From Kudoa neothunni (taxonomy: Eukaryota; Animalia; Cnidaria), in the NCBI GenBank assembly GCA_964304625.1, contig OZ199838.1, positions 1,527,727 through 1,591,726 of the forward strand: a stretch of 64,000 nucleotides of DNA. Reading direction: 5' to 3'. The notes beneath the pieces were generated by a model. The model made no database searches. It was not told where the DNA came from and saw nothing but the letters and a program-made list of their open reading frames with translations. A program made the translations under genes and the position numbers. Below, in pieces: positions 53,101-64,000 of the stretch. Positions within the stretch are counted from its first letter, which is position 1. Each line of letters opens with the position of its first letter.

Positions 53101-53921
53101 AACATTTAATTTCAATAGGTAAACAATTAAAGGTTGATTATATGAAGTTATTACTTTATTAGAGGAATTTTTACGTGTGTTTAGTATAACATTCGATAAA
53201 ATTAAAGATGTCGTTATTAGAAATCAAAAAATTGTTTTCTATACATTCATTAGTTTTAGTTAATTATATGTATAGATCAAAATAATAACCTTAGTTAAAA
53301 TATTGGGTTTACACTTAGTAATATTCTCAATTCGTACATTGGCCCGAATTTGTTGTTACAAATTTTGACATACACAAAAACTTACAAAATAATTAAAATA
53401 TAGCTTAATATTTTTTTTTCAATATAATACAAATACTGCAATGTAAAACAGTTTTCTATTGTCATTTTAAAAAATTATAAACTAAAAAAATCGTACGACA
53501 TCAAGATCTATTTTTTTAAATTCGAAAAGTATTTTCATTATAGTGAAAAATGAGATCTTTTTGTGAGACACGCAATAAGTTAATATTTAAAGTTAGTCCA
53601 TATAAAATCGTTATATAAAAATAGTAAAAAATAAAAATAGTAATAATAAATAACTTTCTCATTAATAACTAAGAAAGAAACGAAAAAAATTCAGTGTTTG
53701 TTGAAAAAATATGGAGATTACATGTGTGTTCGACCCTCGTCCGCTACACCACATACTTCATCACCATCCTCGCACACGAAACGCACGAATGGTTTCGTTC
53801 GTGTTTCGTGTCAAAAGTTTAAAAATCAGAAAAGTTCATTCGTGTTTCGTTCGTGTTTATAATTATGAAGAAAACTTCGTTCGCTCATGACACGAACGAA
53901 CACACGAACGGGCATTGTCTG
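50193..53921 (+). mobile_element. hAT (hobo/Hermes-like) DNA transposon, both ends present
   Basis: TIR CAGACAATGCCCGTTCGT at 50193 and its reverse complement ending at 53921. Perfect 8-bp TSD CAGCTGAC (50185-50192 and 53922-53929). GTTCGT/ACGAA subterminal repeats at 53770-53910. Confidence 0.97.
50234..52393 (+). CDS. hAT transposase, open reading frame over four exons
   Basis: BED-finger-like CTKC..H; catalytic D (TIDIW), D (VCDSAAN), CAAH, TRPW, and E in PASSSMSERAFS. Introns at about 51092-51343, 51685-51723 and 52012-52049 restore one frame to TGA at 52391-52393. Confidence 0.9.
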
Positions 53922-54914
53922 CAGCTGACATAACTAATTCGATAAATTTCTATTAGTGATGAGATAATTTTTTAAATAACGTTTAAGTTTTTAGTATCCT
54001 AATTATTCCTTATCTCCAGCTAGACCTTAACGTTAACATTCAAATTAATATATAATGTTTCTTTCGCTAAAAATAATTCATTATGATATATAAGATGCAA
54101 GAAAATATGCGACACCTCATTCCATACGTAGATTAAGAATTTATATTCACGATTACTTTTGCACAAAATACAATCCCCTCTCAACCTCAACACGTGTCAT
54201 GCAAGTTAATAAGAAATTATTTGTCTATTCGGTCCAACCGATATTTTCACAAAGTTTTCGTTAATCTAAGAATAGTTCAATACAAAGAAATTTGTGTTGG
54301 ACAATCAAATAAAATTCATTTTTTAAGGGGTGCACTCCTTCGAGAAAATCGGTTGATATTTAAGTATTTTAGCATTACTGTAATTTTCAAACACCTTCAC
54401 ATTTTAGACTTATTCGTATTTTGATAATTAAGTTTGTATATTTTTGAACCAGTAAGTATTTTTGTTAAAAGTTAAGTTGGATTTATTTAAAAACCAGGAA
54501 ATTATGTTAAAATAGTGTATACGTAAGTTACCACTCCCAGCTTTTAAAACATTCTTTATAAAATCGCAAAAAATGAGTAACAATTAATATTTTTATTCCT
54601 GATGCATCTTAGGTCGATTTTATTTTATTTATCGTTTGTAGACTAATAATAAATTTTGAAAAGAATTGAAAGTCCTATTTAAGTTACTTAATGATTTTGT
54701 TTAATAAATAAATGAATTTTAATCGTTGATTAAATTGCTCATAAAATTAAGGTCATTACATTTTTGGTCGGTAAATTGTAAAATAAACCAAAAAATACTC
54801 ATTAATTTCCCTCAATACCTCTATTTATATTTGAATAGAAAATGTGCGCATAATTTTGTTTCTCTAAATCATCACATTGCAAAAATGATGACAAGCTTTA
54901 AACCCCTAAGCTAG

Positions 54915-55640
54915 CGAAAAATTCCATCCTCTAATAAGCTGGGGGTGAAAAACACCCAAAGTTTTTTTTGCTTAAATTTACTCAAAATATAATTTTGAAT
55001 TTACTAGAGAATTTTTAGTAGATTCTATCGATATAATTCGAAGTATATTTACATCTATTACAAAACTTAATCTGGTTCGGCTCAATCATCAATCATCGTG
55101 GGTTAATTTCAACGAATAATAAGGCTTTGCGTTAAGTAATTTAAAAAACAAATTATCTAACTAACCAATAAGAGAGTGGATATCATAAAAAAATTTGTTG
55201 AAAGCTCTCATCTTTATTCACCCACCAGAATGGTCCAACTAGTGCAAGCTTCTTGCCCAAATAATCCCATTTTTCTACATACTCCAAATTTAGCGCAAAA
55301 TTAAAATAAAATCTCCCAGGACGTGTTTTCAACATTATAATTCAAAAATAAACTTTTTTTAGTTATTAAAACCCGATATATTTGACAAAGTCGATGTTTT
55401 TCCATCCATCCATCTGATAGGAGAACCTCAATATTATATCGGCGGGAACTTTCGAGCGATCGACGAAGAATGCCGCATTGGATTAGGTGAGCTATTAATT
55501 GCAGATTTTCTTGGAAATTTGTCGATGGAATTTTACGGGAGTTTCTGATTTAATTATTTATAATTTTTCAAGTTAATTCAAGCAAAAAAAACTCTGGGGT
55601 ATTTTTCACCCCAAACCTGTTAGAGGATGGAATTTTTTGT
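54915..55640. mobile_element. MITE/foldback element with ~180-bp imperfect inverted repeats
   Basis: AAAAATTCCATCCTCTAA..GGGGTGAAAAACACCC..TTTTTTTGCTT at 54917-54973 is mirrored at 55580-55637. A related GGGGTGTAATACACCCC..GTTAGAGG end occurs at 55773-55808. Confidence 0.75.
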
Positions 55641-56019
55641 TGGTATGACCTGAACTTATATTTTATCCAAGTTTTTGATATGTCATACGTTTAATAAATA
55701 TAGGAAAATATCTTAAATTTCAATTATCTATGAGAAGGTTGTAAAATTTTATTCCCATATTAAATGTGGTTTGGGGTGTAATACACCCCAAATCAAATCC
55801 GTTAGAGGTCTAAAATGCATCAATTAAAATAGAAAAATAAAACTAAAAGTTAAACTTTTCCATCACATAGTACCAAGCAAAGCTGGGCATTGGCGCTTGT
55901 TACCAATGAATAGGGTTGGAGATTTTCGAATTTATTTTTTTACAAATCTATGCTTTTCGATTTTTGTTGCGAAAACAAATAAAATTGACTTAAATACTGA
56001 CTAATAAGTAATATTATAG

Positions 56020-57500
56020 TTGAGATTTACTGTGAGGGACTATAGAAATAACACTGATAACATTGCGAGGAGTTCATCTGAAAGATTCATCCTTTCATTA
56101 TCAAAAACATGTCTTAATTTTGAAAAGCTTCTTTCAACGTTGATGGATGATACAGGAATAGCCGGTAAATCCTCAGAAAGTTGTGATAGAACTGGACAGA
56201 TGCTTGATTTATTCTTCTAAAAATCATTATTGATCGGTGGGTCTGATTCATTCAAAATTTTGTAGGAGATCATATTCTTTTTGAATTCCAGACTTCTCCT
56301 TGAGCTCTAAAAATAAATAAGATCAGCAATTTCAATATTTTCGATAGGAATTTTCTTTTTCGGATTAATTTGTTTAATTGTTTTGAAATATGTAGTCGAT
56401 GGCAAACAATCGTTAACACTATTTGATACTGACTGGTGAATCACATAAACAATTTTAGAACAGAATCTTTCTGTTTTTAATCATTGATTGACTTTTAGAT
56501 TCAAATGGCATAATTCCAAGGTCATCTTTCATCCAACCAGCAATATTTGAAATAGAGCTGTTTTCTTCAGTTTCGATGAATCGAGAGAATTCAAACAATA
56601 ACACGTTAGTTCATCTGTTAAAATATTTAATTAAAAATAAAATATATTGTAACTATCTGAAACAATCTCAATTATCGAGTTTAATTTTTTTCCTGTTTCA
56701 TAATTTTTAGTTTCTTTTAAGAAACCAATGACTGCAGGATAGTATTATTTTATGTGGTTTAAAAAGTTAAAGAAACTACACCATCGTATGTCAAAAACAC
56801 TAGGAATTTCCTTCGTTGTTTGGGAGTTATTTCTTGATAAATGGGCGAAAAACCTTGTTTATATCGGAAAAGTATTCATTTGCAACTTATTGAACTGCCA
56901 AATGAATAATGTGTGAAAAACATTGAATTCTGGTGATAGATAACTGGATACATGGTTCTCAAATCCTTAAAAAACTTCTTCGTGCACTGTGACGAGTCAG
57001 AAACAATCACAATGCATTTATCCCATTCTAGGTCGCACCGATTTAGTACACTGGATATGTGATCAGCAATGATTACGGATTCGCACTGAACAAGCCTCGA
57101 AGAATCGAGCATTATAGTCCACCAGTAACACAATCATGAAAATAAACGAACTCATCAATTATTAAATTAAATCGTATATCCTTCAAGCTACTCTTTTTAT
57201 TAATTGCGTCAAACGGAAGATCGTCAAAAATTACAATCTTCACCAAATCAATTTTAATATCATTTAATTTCGATCTGTCGAGAATTAGAATATTTTTAAG
57301 GGTATCGTTTTATAGGCACTTAACTTTAATGACAAATGTTTCTATGAACTGAAATTTTCTTTAATTATGTTTTGTTTAAGCAGCAACAGAACCTTGCAAA
57401 ATTTACAAGACAAGGAATCGCCAACAGCCTCTAAATCACCCCACTCCATTAAATAATTTGTAATATCACGTAACTTCCTACCCATCTTAATTCGATGTTA
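56020..57500 (-). mobile_element. Degraded hAT-superfamily (DUF659/CGGBP-like) transposase pseudogene
   Basis: IVIVSDSSQC, IRWCSFFN and C-terminal IPVSSINVERSFSKLRHVFDNERMNLSDE; several stops and frameshifts. Confidence 0.75.
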
Positions 57501-59939
57501 ACGTGTCAAAAAAAAATAAACATCGTAACTCACCAACCCTATCTGTAAATTCGCACAACGATTTTTAACGAAACTAATTATCGTAGGATTATAAGGATTA
57601 CTATAGACTTTATTTAGTTGTTTTCAACTGGTTCTGACATTATAATTATTCTATTTCGCATAATTTCAAAAAATCATATTTTTTTCTTGCATGTGGAATA
57701 AAAAAACTTCGGTAGGTTTTTACCCCAAAGTCCATCGGAGATAGGGCGGTTTTAAGTACATTACAGGGTTAATCTGTATGGTGACGAAATACAGCCCATT
57801 TTATTTAGAAGAAAGTTTCCCAGCCTTTTCAAAAGTATTGATTTTTACTTTAGTTGGTAATTATTTTGAATCAAACGTCATATTACATTAAAATTTAAAA
57901 GCAATATATATCTTTTCTATTTAAAATTAAAATGTATTCGATCAGATCTAATTTAATTTATGGATAGACTTCAAAATTTAATATCTTTAATTCTTCATTC
58001 CATCAAAAACAATGTTAAATGTAACTCATGGTAATCTTACCCACATTATGTAAGACTTTCGTGTATGCGGGGCTAATAAACTGAAAATAAACAATATAAA
58101 AAAAAAGAATTGATTTCAAATGTGCTGCAATGCGCAATTAAATCATCATTATCTGTCATATCTATGCTCAGGATTTTACACACCTCGCCAGAATCGTTCA
58201 TTAAACACTCTAAAATTTCTATGTCCCATCAAAATATTTTCCCTTGAGTTAAGAAAAATTGATTTAGAAGGTAAAATAAAATATATATTTAATTTTAAAT
58301 TATTAGTATCGAGTACTGATTACTAACCAAAACATGGTATCAGTATTACACGCATTTAAATGAAATTATTTATGAATTAATTGGGTGTCGGCGAATTTGA
58401 GAAATTCAATAGAATTGGTCATTAAAAATTCACTCGTGTTAATTCATGGTTGGTATTATCCAAGAGAGTGCTTACTATAGGAATTTTGTCCATGAATCAT
58501 CCTTAAAAAAACAATCTTGGATGATTTCTAGTCCACGAATCATGATAATATCGATATTAATCGTTTTATTAGTATGTTCTGTGTTATTTGTTGGGATGGT
58601 AGAATCACGCGTATAATAAAATTGTAGAATTTGAGAAATTCTCGATGTTTATAAAACGCCCAGCGTAAATAGACAATATAACCCAGATAGAATCACAAAA
58701 GAGTAATTTGTTTGGAAATAACCGTACAAAATTAGGGAAAAACCAAATTTTGAAAAATATTTTAAGTGTGCACCATTGTCCTCCAATCAATTCTTAAAAG
58801 AAGAAGTTTACAGGGCACATTTATCATAGCTGATGATCATAGAGCTTAAAATACTAAAAGTTAACATTTAACTATTCTTCTAGCTGATATTCACGAGGAT
58901 AATTTTTTGGGACGTGCAGATTTTGCAACACACGCACAAAACGATCTAAAATCTAGTTTTCACTGAATTAAGATGCACTATAGTATTACATTTTATGAAT
59001 TTTGAATATTTGATCTAAAAAATGTAGGAATTTATTTATTTAATCAAATTTTAAAGTTCTTTTTAAAACATTTCCAGTTTTAATAAAATGGAGATGGAGT
59101 GGAAATGGAAAAATTATGAATAACTCTCATATCTTTTTAATTTTCAACATAACCTGAAGCTATTTACCTTCATTAAGCTAAAAGTAAGAAAACATGTGTA
59201 AGGAATTTATTTGATTGAGAAGATAGAGAGATAGAAAATTTTCGAGGGCTCATTATTTTAATGAATACATCTCCATCTATTTTTAACGACTCAATAATTA
59301 TTGTTCTTTATTTCTAGCTTGAGAACATGAAATAATAATAATAATATACATGGTGCCAATAAGATGGCATTTCATCTAATTATTCTCACATGGATACTAG
59401 TGGTAATAGTCGAATAACTCCATAAAAACCCACATGGATTTTTCGCTACTCGACACAATCAATCAATCAATCAAACAAACATTTAATTTGCATAGTTAAT
59501 GATAAGACCCAAAGACATAAAAAATATAAAAAAACTATAGATATAATTATATTGTTATATTTGTTGAAATAACATACAAATGATAAGCTGTTCGCTTTTA
59601 TCGGTTCGTGACATGTTGACTGTAAAACATGTTCCGTGATAATTCCCTCAAAGCTAAATGCTTAACAAATACTGTAATCGGCTATTTTCTGATGAAGCTA
59701 TAAAGATAAAAATATAAATAAACTGGAGGTTGAAATAGAGTATGAATGTAGTTAGAGCCAGTAGAGTAAAGATCGAGTGTGGAACAATGCGCAAAAGTGC
59801 GTTTAGGATCCGCCTTGTTAAATAAAGTAAATAATGGCTTCACATAAGCTCATTAAATGTTACCTGTATCTACTTAACAGCTAAGAAACATACAGTTGTC
59901 TCAAAGTTGGTACCCTAATCCATTCGAATTGATATCACG

Positions 59940-60135
59940 ATGAAAGATGGAAATGCTACCAACAACAGTATGATAATTAATAAAGATAACTATTCGAATT
60001 AATTAATATTATTTAGCCATCCCATGTAATTAGGTTATAATTTAAGCCGACCGAATTTCTTTTTGTAGACAATGAGAAAATTGCAGTGAGTGTGGTGATG
60101 CCTTTGATCATTATTATAGCATTGGCCATAGTCGC
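59940..60135 (+). CDS. 5' part of a small single-pass membrane protein gene (3' exons uncertain)
   Basis: Exons 59940-59967, 60017-60025 and 60069-60135 join to MKDGNATNNTIPYNEKIAVSVVMPLIIIIALAIVA: two N-glycosylation sequons, then a TM helix. Ends at a GTAAG donor. Confidence 0.55.
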
Positions 60136-62699
60136 GTAAGAAACTGTATATTTGCACTACCAAATAATGTTGATTGTTATAGATATGAAGCATATAAAGT
60201 GATAAGGTAATGGCAGATAAAACTGATCTATTGCAAACACTATGACTTATTTAACCTAAAAATAGAGAGAGAAGGTCGCGATAGATGATGATTGGTTGTT
60301 AATGAGGAATACAAAGATCGATCTAATAACAATAATTTTGAACTGACTTTACATATATAATTTATATTAGTAGGGTTTTTTCTCATAACATACGTTTGTT
60401 TACATATAATAATTATTGTTGCGTAAATTAACACTTATTGGCATTTAACTCAAAATTCAACCACAAATAGTTACAACAGTACAACCTCTATATACCGTGT
60501 CGCAAAATAGGGTAGTTGGGATTAAATATAAACGTTTGGGTAGAATTTGAAGATATTTTGACTGATGTAGTTACTTATTTTAAAAATTAATACGAAAAAT
60601 AAAAGTAAAATAAATTCAATCTATAATCTAAGGGAATTTCAGTGGTTTTTTTATCGTAGTAACCCTATTTAATCCGATTAATTCACTAAATTACATATCC
60701 AAACGTCCAATTTTGTGAGATTCTAGAGACATTTTAATTGCGTCAGAAATAAAAATGTCATTATATCATTTATTTATACATTATGTTGTTATTATTTTGT
60801 TTTCAATTTAAATTTTAAAAATTGATTATTTTTTCCAACGAATTAGATACCATAAATTCAAACTTTTTCCAATCCTGTTATAGTTTACACTTAAATCTTA
60901 TATTTACGTTGAAAAAATCTTCGATCTCGGGACAAAAGCAAAAATATCCCAACGCTTTGGATTGTAGTAGAAGCGCTAATGATTGATATAGATAATTTCA
61001 GTTGCAGCAGAAAATTTTGATTGAAAACATTTAAATGTCTATACTTAAAAATCGTATAATCGTCTTTATCAACCAAAGGAATTTTTGGTGAAGAGTTTAA
61101 GACCATTTTTGGAATTTCTCTTAATATGTCGCAATTTATTAATAAATATAATCAAGATGTGTTTAAGTTTGTAATACTAAAAAATTTAAATATACCCGCA
61201 ATGATTCGAGAAATGACTGGAATGGCAAACATCACAAACTTCGTCTAAAAATCAGAAATACTTATAAAATTAAGCAGAGAAGAGTTTATGCTTTATTATA
61301 AAACTTTTGTCGTTAACTGATTGGATATTTGTCCTCAAAGCGATACTGCATAAGAAACTTTATCTTAATACATTTATTTATGAATTATAATTAGATAATG
61401 TAATCGGTGGTGCCGAAAACTAGAATAACTTTAAACAATTCCAAAAACAGATTCATTTATTACGAACAAATTCTAGAAAATAGTTTAAATGTAGCTTGGG
61501 CAGATTTTAAGACAGAAAACGACATTGTTCCTATAGCTCAAATAAATGTGAGTCCTTGACCGCAAAAATGCATAAATAAAAATGATCCTTAAATACTTTT
61601 ATAAATGAATTAGGTCAATTCATTATAGCCTAAAATAAGATTCCAGGATGTATTCCAATCTTAAAAAAACTTGAATCCAATACACACGCAAACATACATT
61701 TTGTTAGGTAACAATATATTAAAATGTAATACATCTCAGGTTCTCATTTAATACGCTATATCGAAACTTTGCTGCAGCTAAATTTTATGAGAATACTTCA
61801 AACTATGATATATTTATTTAAGGTATCAAACAATAAATAGTCAGAAAAACGAATATTCGATAAAATATAATATGGCATCATATCTAAATTTTAATGTTTA
61901 TGATTTTGTTATTATATCGTCCTTTTTGGTCCAATCCTTTAATTTTGACCCATTTGATTTGTCCTCACCATCTTATAGATAGAATATCTAGAGAATCGTT
62001 TAACAACCCGACACAATATTTTACATCAAACAATTTACAATAAAATCACGGAAGACACACAAACGAGAACTATAGCCGTGTAAAAGGAGTAAGTTGGTGA
62101 TTGCAATGCAGCCGGGGTTGTTTCACTTGCTATAGCAACAAAACAGGTTTATTTCGAATACCATATGAGTCAAAATAAAAAATTATTATTATTATTATTA
62201 CGTGTTACTGTATCTGTCATATCTTTGTTAAGGTATCTTTACCTGATATTTCTTGGTGTGTCACTAGCGAAGGTTTACAACTAAGAATACAGTGGATTAG
62301 ACTAATAACCTAACTTAATGAACAAAACTAAGCTGAGAATATGTCCCTCAGAAAAATATTGTTTTATTGTAATTTATTGACAATTTTTGATGTTATTTAA
62401 TTAGAATTGTAATAAAATTGCATCATGGACGTAATTTAATCAATTTCATTTACTGTTTCTGGTCGAGATATTTTAGTTTTTGTAGTTGGATTAGTTCGTT
62501 TAATATTTTAAGAACAGCCGACAATCCTTTCTTAATTCAACATGTGTGACAAAAAATGTAACAATCAAAAATCCATTTTATTAGTAAAATTTAAAAATTG
62601 AGAATATCGATTGTTTCTATTTTTCAACTAATTATCCAATCCATACCTAGGAAGTTTTTTTTCAAAGATTAGCTTACTCACACCGACATCGCAAGGCTT

Positions 62700-63200
62700 T
62701 CTTTATTATTTTATCCGATCATAAATATTTAAAAAATGTACAAAATAAAAAATCCTTTTGAATAAATTTATTTTTTACGGCTTGTGAATACTTTACACAC
62801 CCTTTAAAGACGCCAGCATAGATCCTCTTACTCAACTAATTCACGTCGACCTGACAACATCCACGCGTCAACGTATCCTAATGTTGTGTTAATTTTGACA
62901 GGTTATGACATTCCGAAAAATAAACCTTCGTAAACTGCAATTTTAAGCTTGCAGTTAGACACGTTTAAACCAGAATCATCATAAATTTTTAGAATCCAGA
63001 CTTTTACGTATATTCTCAATTGATGAAACTAACTTTCGTTTATTTCAGTTAAACAATAAACAATGAGTTACTCATCATTTTCATTGAATACACGTTTAAC
63101 TGTTTAGTATAACCGTGGATTTATTGTAACTCTATCTATTTGTTAAAGATGCAGTAGGTCTGAGCTTTTCAATTTGAGCCACAAATTCCCCATGAGTCTA
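62700..63200 (-). mobile_element. Probable decayed hAT (ZMYM/DUF4371-like) fragment
   Basis: Minus strand near 62950-63000 reads ILKIYDDSGLNVSNC, resembling GLDISNCRGQxYDG; heavily disrupted. Confidence 0.25.
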
Positions 63201-64000
63201 ATTAGTTGTTCGTCGGGGAGTAAGGAGTAAGAGAATTCCTGGTAGATTTTAAAAAAATCTTTATTTTACAAAAAAAATATATAAACAACGAAACACTCTC
63301 TATCGTAATACTTCTCTTATTTATATAGACAACTTGTATTTTTTCTCTTTATAGGATGTGACGGTGTGTCTTGAAAAAACTCTTAGTCAAACAAATTGGT
63401 TATTATAAAGATATTTTGTCGCCAATTTTTTTAAGATTCTTATTAACAAAATAAATAAATATGGCGTGCAAAAATTCAGCTTTAAAAAAGAACTTCTAAA
63501 TTTTAACCAAATCCCACATCGAGCGACATTGTCCCCGCGTGTAATCTTCCGTTTGTTTACAAAAACTTGCCAATTTCATTATTTGTCACATATTTATTTA
63601 AAAAGTAAATGTTTGTCTCATTTTACTGCTGTTAAAAGCAATAGGGATACAACTAATTTCCTCCTAAAAAATATGAAATCTTTTTTCCAAACTTCGTTTT
63701 AGGTGGTTCGTCTCGAAACTTAATAAATTTTTAAAATATTTTATTTTTGGTGCATGCATCAACTCATTTTAACCACCAATAAAAAGGATAAAATTGTCAA
63801 TCATCCATCGGAAAATAAATAAAGTTCGTCTATCATCGAAAAAGAAATCCAAACAGATTCAACCATATCCAGTGACGAATGACCCACTTATAATGGTATA
63901 CGTGAGCTTGGTTATGATCATGTTAAGGTCAACTACTCGAAAGGATAGTAAATAATGGTAACGATTTATTAAGGGCGAAGAAATAAATCTTCTCAACAAC

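Noticed and set aside
53720-53752. tRNA-like GTTCGA...CCA inside the hAT right arm
   Set aside because: No acceptor, D or anticodon stems; it lies beside GTTCG-rich subterminal repeats.
1-64000. Alternative genetic code or stop-codon reassignment
   Set aside because: Conserved genes translate cleanly with the standard code once short introns are removed, and TAA, TAG and TGA are all used as stops.
63350-64000. Exon-like segments at the window end
   Set aside because: No consistent in-frame exon chain could be built within the window.

Overview
This is AT-rich (roughly 25-28% GC by eye) eukaryotic, almost certainly animal, genomic DNA. Genes are compact, most introns are about 33-60 nt GT-AG, intergenic spacers are short and proteins are strongly diverged. 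A reduced parasite such as a myxozoan or orthonectid/dicyemid is an inference only. Genes assembled by hand from splice sites: a claudin/PMP22-like gene (+), EXOSC2/RRP4 (-), a roughly 2000-aa type-I membrane protein built of Cys-containing fibronectin-III-like modules with four apparent frameshifts (+), head-to-head RFWD3 (-) and PPP1R8/NIPP1 (+), PATL1 (-), MRPL23 (+), TAF13 (+), a PHF20-like Tudor/PHD gene preceded by a 99-aa upstream ORF (-), an ACOT7-like gene (-), two orphan genes and an unresolved exon block (23427-25065). Mobile DNA includes a full hAT element with TIRs, an 8-bp TSD and a spliced open transposase; piggyBac, Tigger/pogo, hAT and Tc1 relics; several MITE/foldback elements; and a minisatellite. 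Best leads: (1) a possible bicistronic uORF-PHF20 transcript; (2) splice-acceptor-like sites just upstream of most start codons, with operon-like spacing, suggesting spliced-leader trans-splicing; (3) a hAT whose transposase starts 41 bp from the element end behind such an acceptor, with no room for a promoter; (4) the modular FN3 surface protein. No non-standard genetic code, CRISPR array or intact RNA gene was seen.
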